Of a DNA stretch of 16,410 nt, positions 16,410 through 16,410 are shown piece after piece; position 1 is the first letter of the stretch, and each line of letters begins with the position of its first letter. Where the stretch lies: assembly GCA_038046645.1 (NCBI GenBank), contig JBBSVU010000012.1:1-16410 (forward strand). The letters run 5' to 3'. The position numbers and the translations under genes are program-made. The notes under the pieces were generated by a model. The model was not told the origin of the DNA, did not search any database, and saw nothing but the letters and a program-made list of their open reading frames with translations. The DNA comes from an archaeon (GTDB lineage Archaea > Iainarchaeota > Iainarchaeia > Iainarchaeales > 0-14-0-20-34-12).

Positions 16410-16410
16410 T

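Overview
AT-rich window that looks archaeal and probably DPANN-like (Iainarchaeota/Micrarchaeota-type; the taxon is inferred). Support: GGTGA Shine-Dalgarno motifs, a C1-G72 tRNA-Tyr with a 37/38 intron, a box C/D guide RNA antisense to the archaeal 16S signature, an aSelB-like gene and a Cys-rich DGG-repeat surface protein. Contents, left to right: a putative heavy-metal sensing locus (CCxHH membrane protein, PadR-TRASH regulator, membrane-anchored wHTH protein); a divergent HD-GYP gene bracketed by nested palindromes and IS200/IS605-like hairpins; a stand-alone EF-Tu domain II protein; two small proteins; a box C/D sRNA; aSelBL; CorA; a ferritin-like/Zn-finger protein; DUF475/TerC; Fic; tRNA-Tyr(GUA) with a 140-nt multi-hairpin intron; PAP2; a complete trimeric hydCBA [FeFe]-hydrogenase operon; an RHH/RelE toxin-antitoxin pair; and a Cys-rich repeat protein at the right edge. 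The most notable signals missed by the ORF track are the C/D sRNA, the structured tRNA intron, the repeat architecture around HD-GYP and a 49-aa Zn-ribbon ORF. All calls are by eye; no searches were run.
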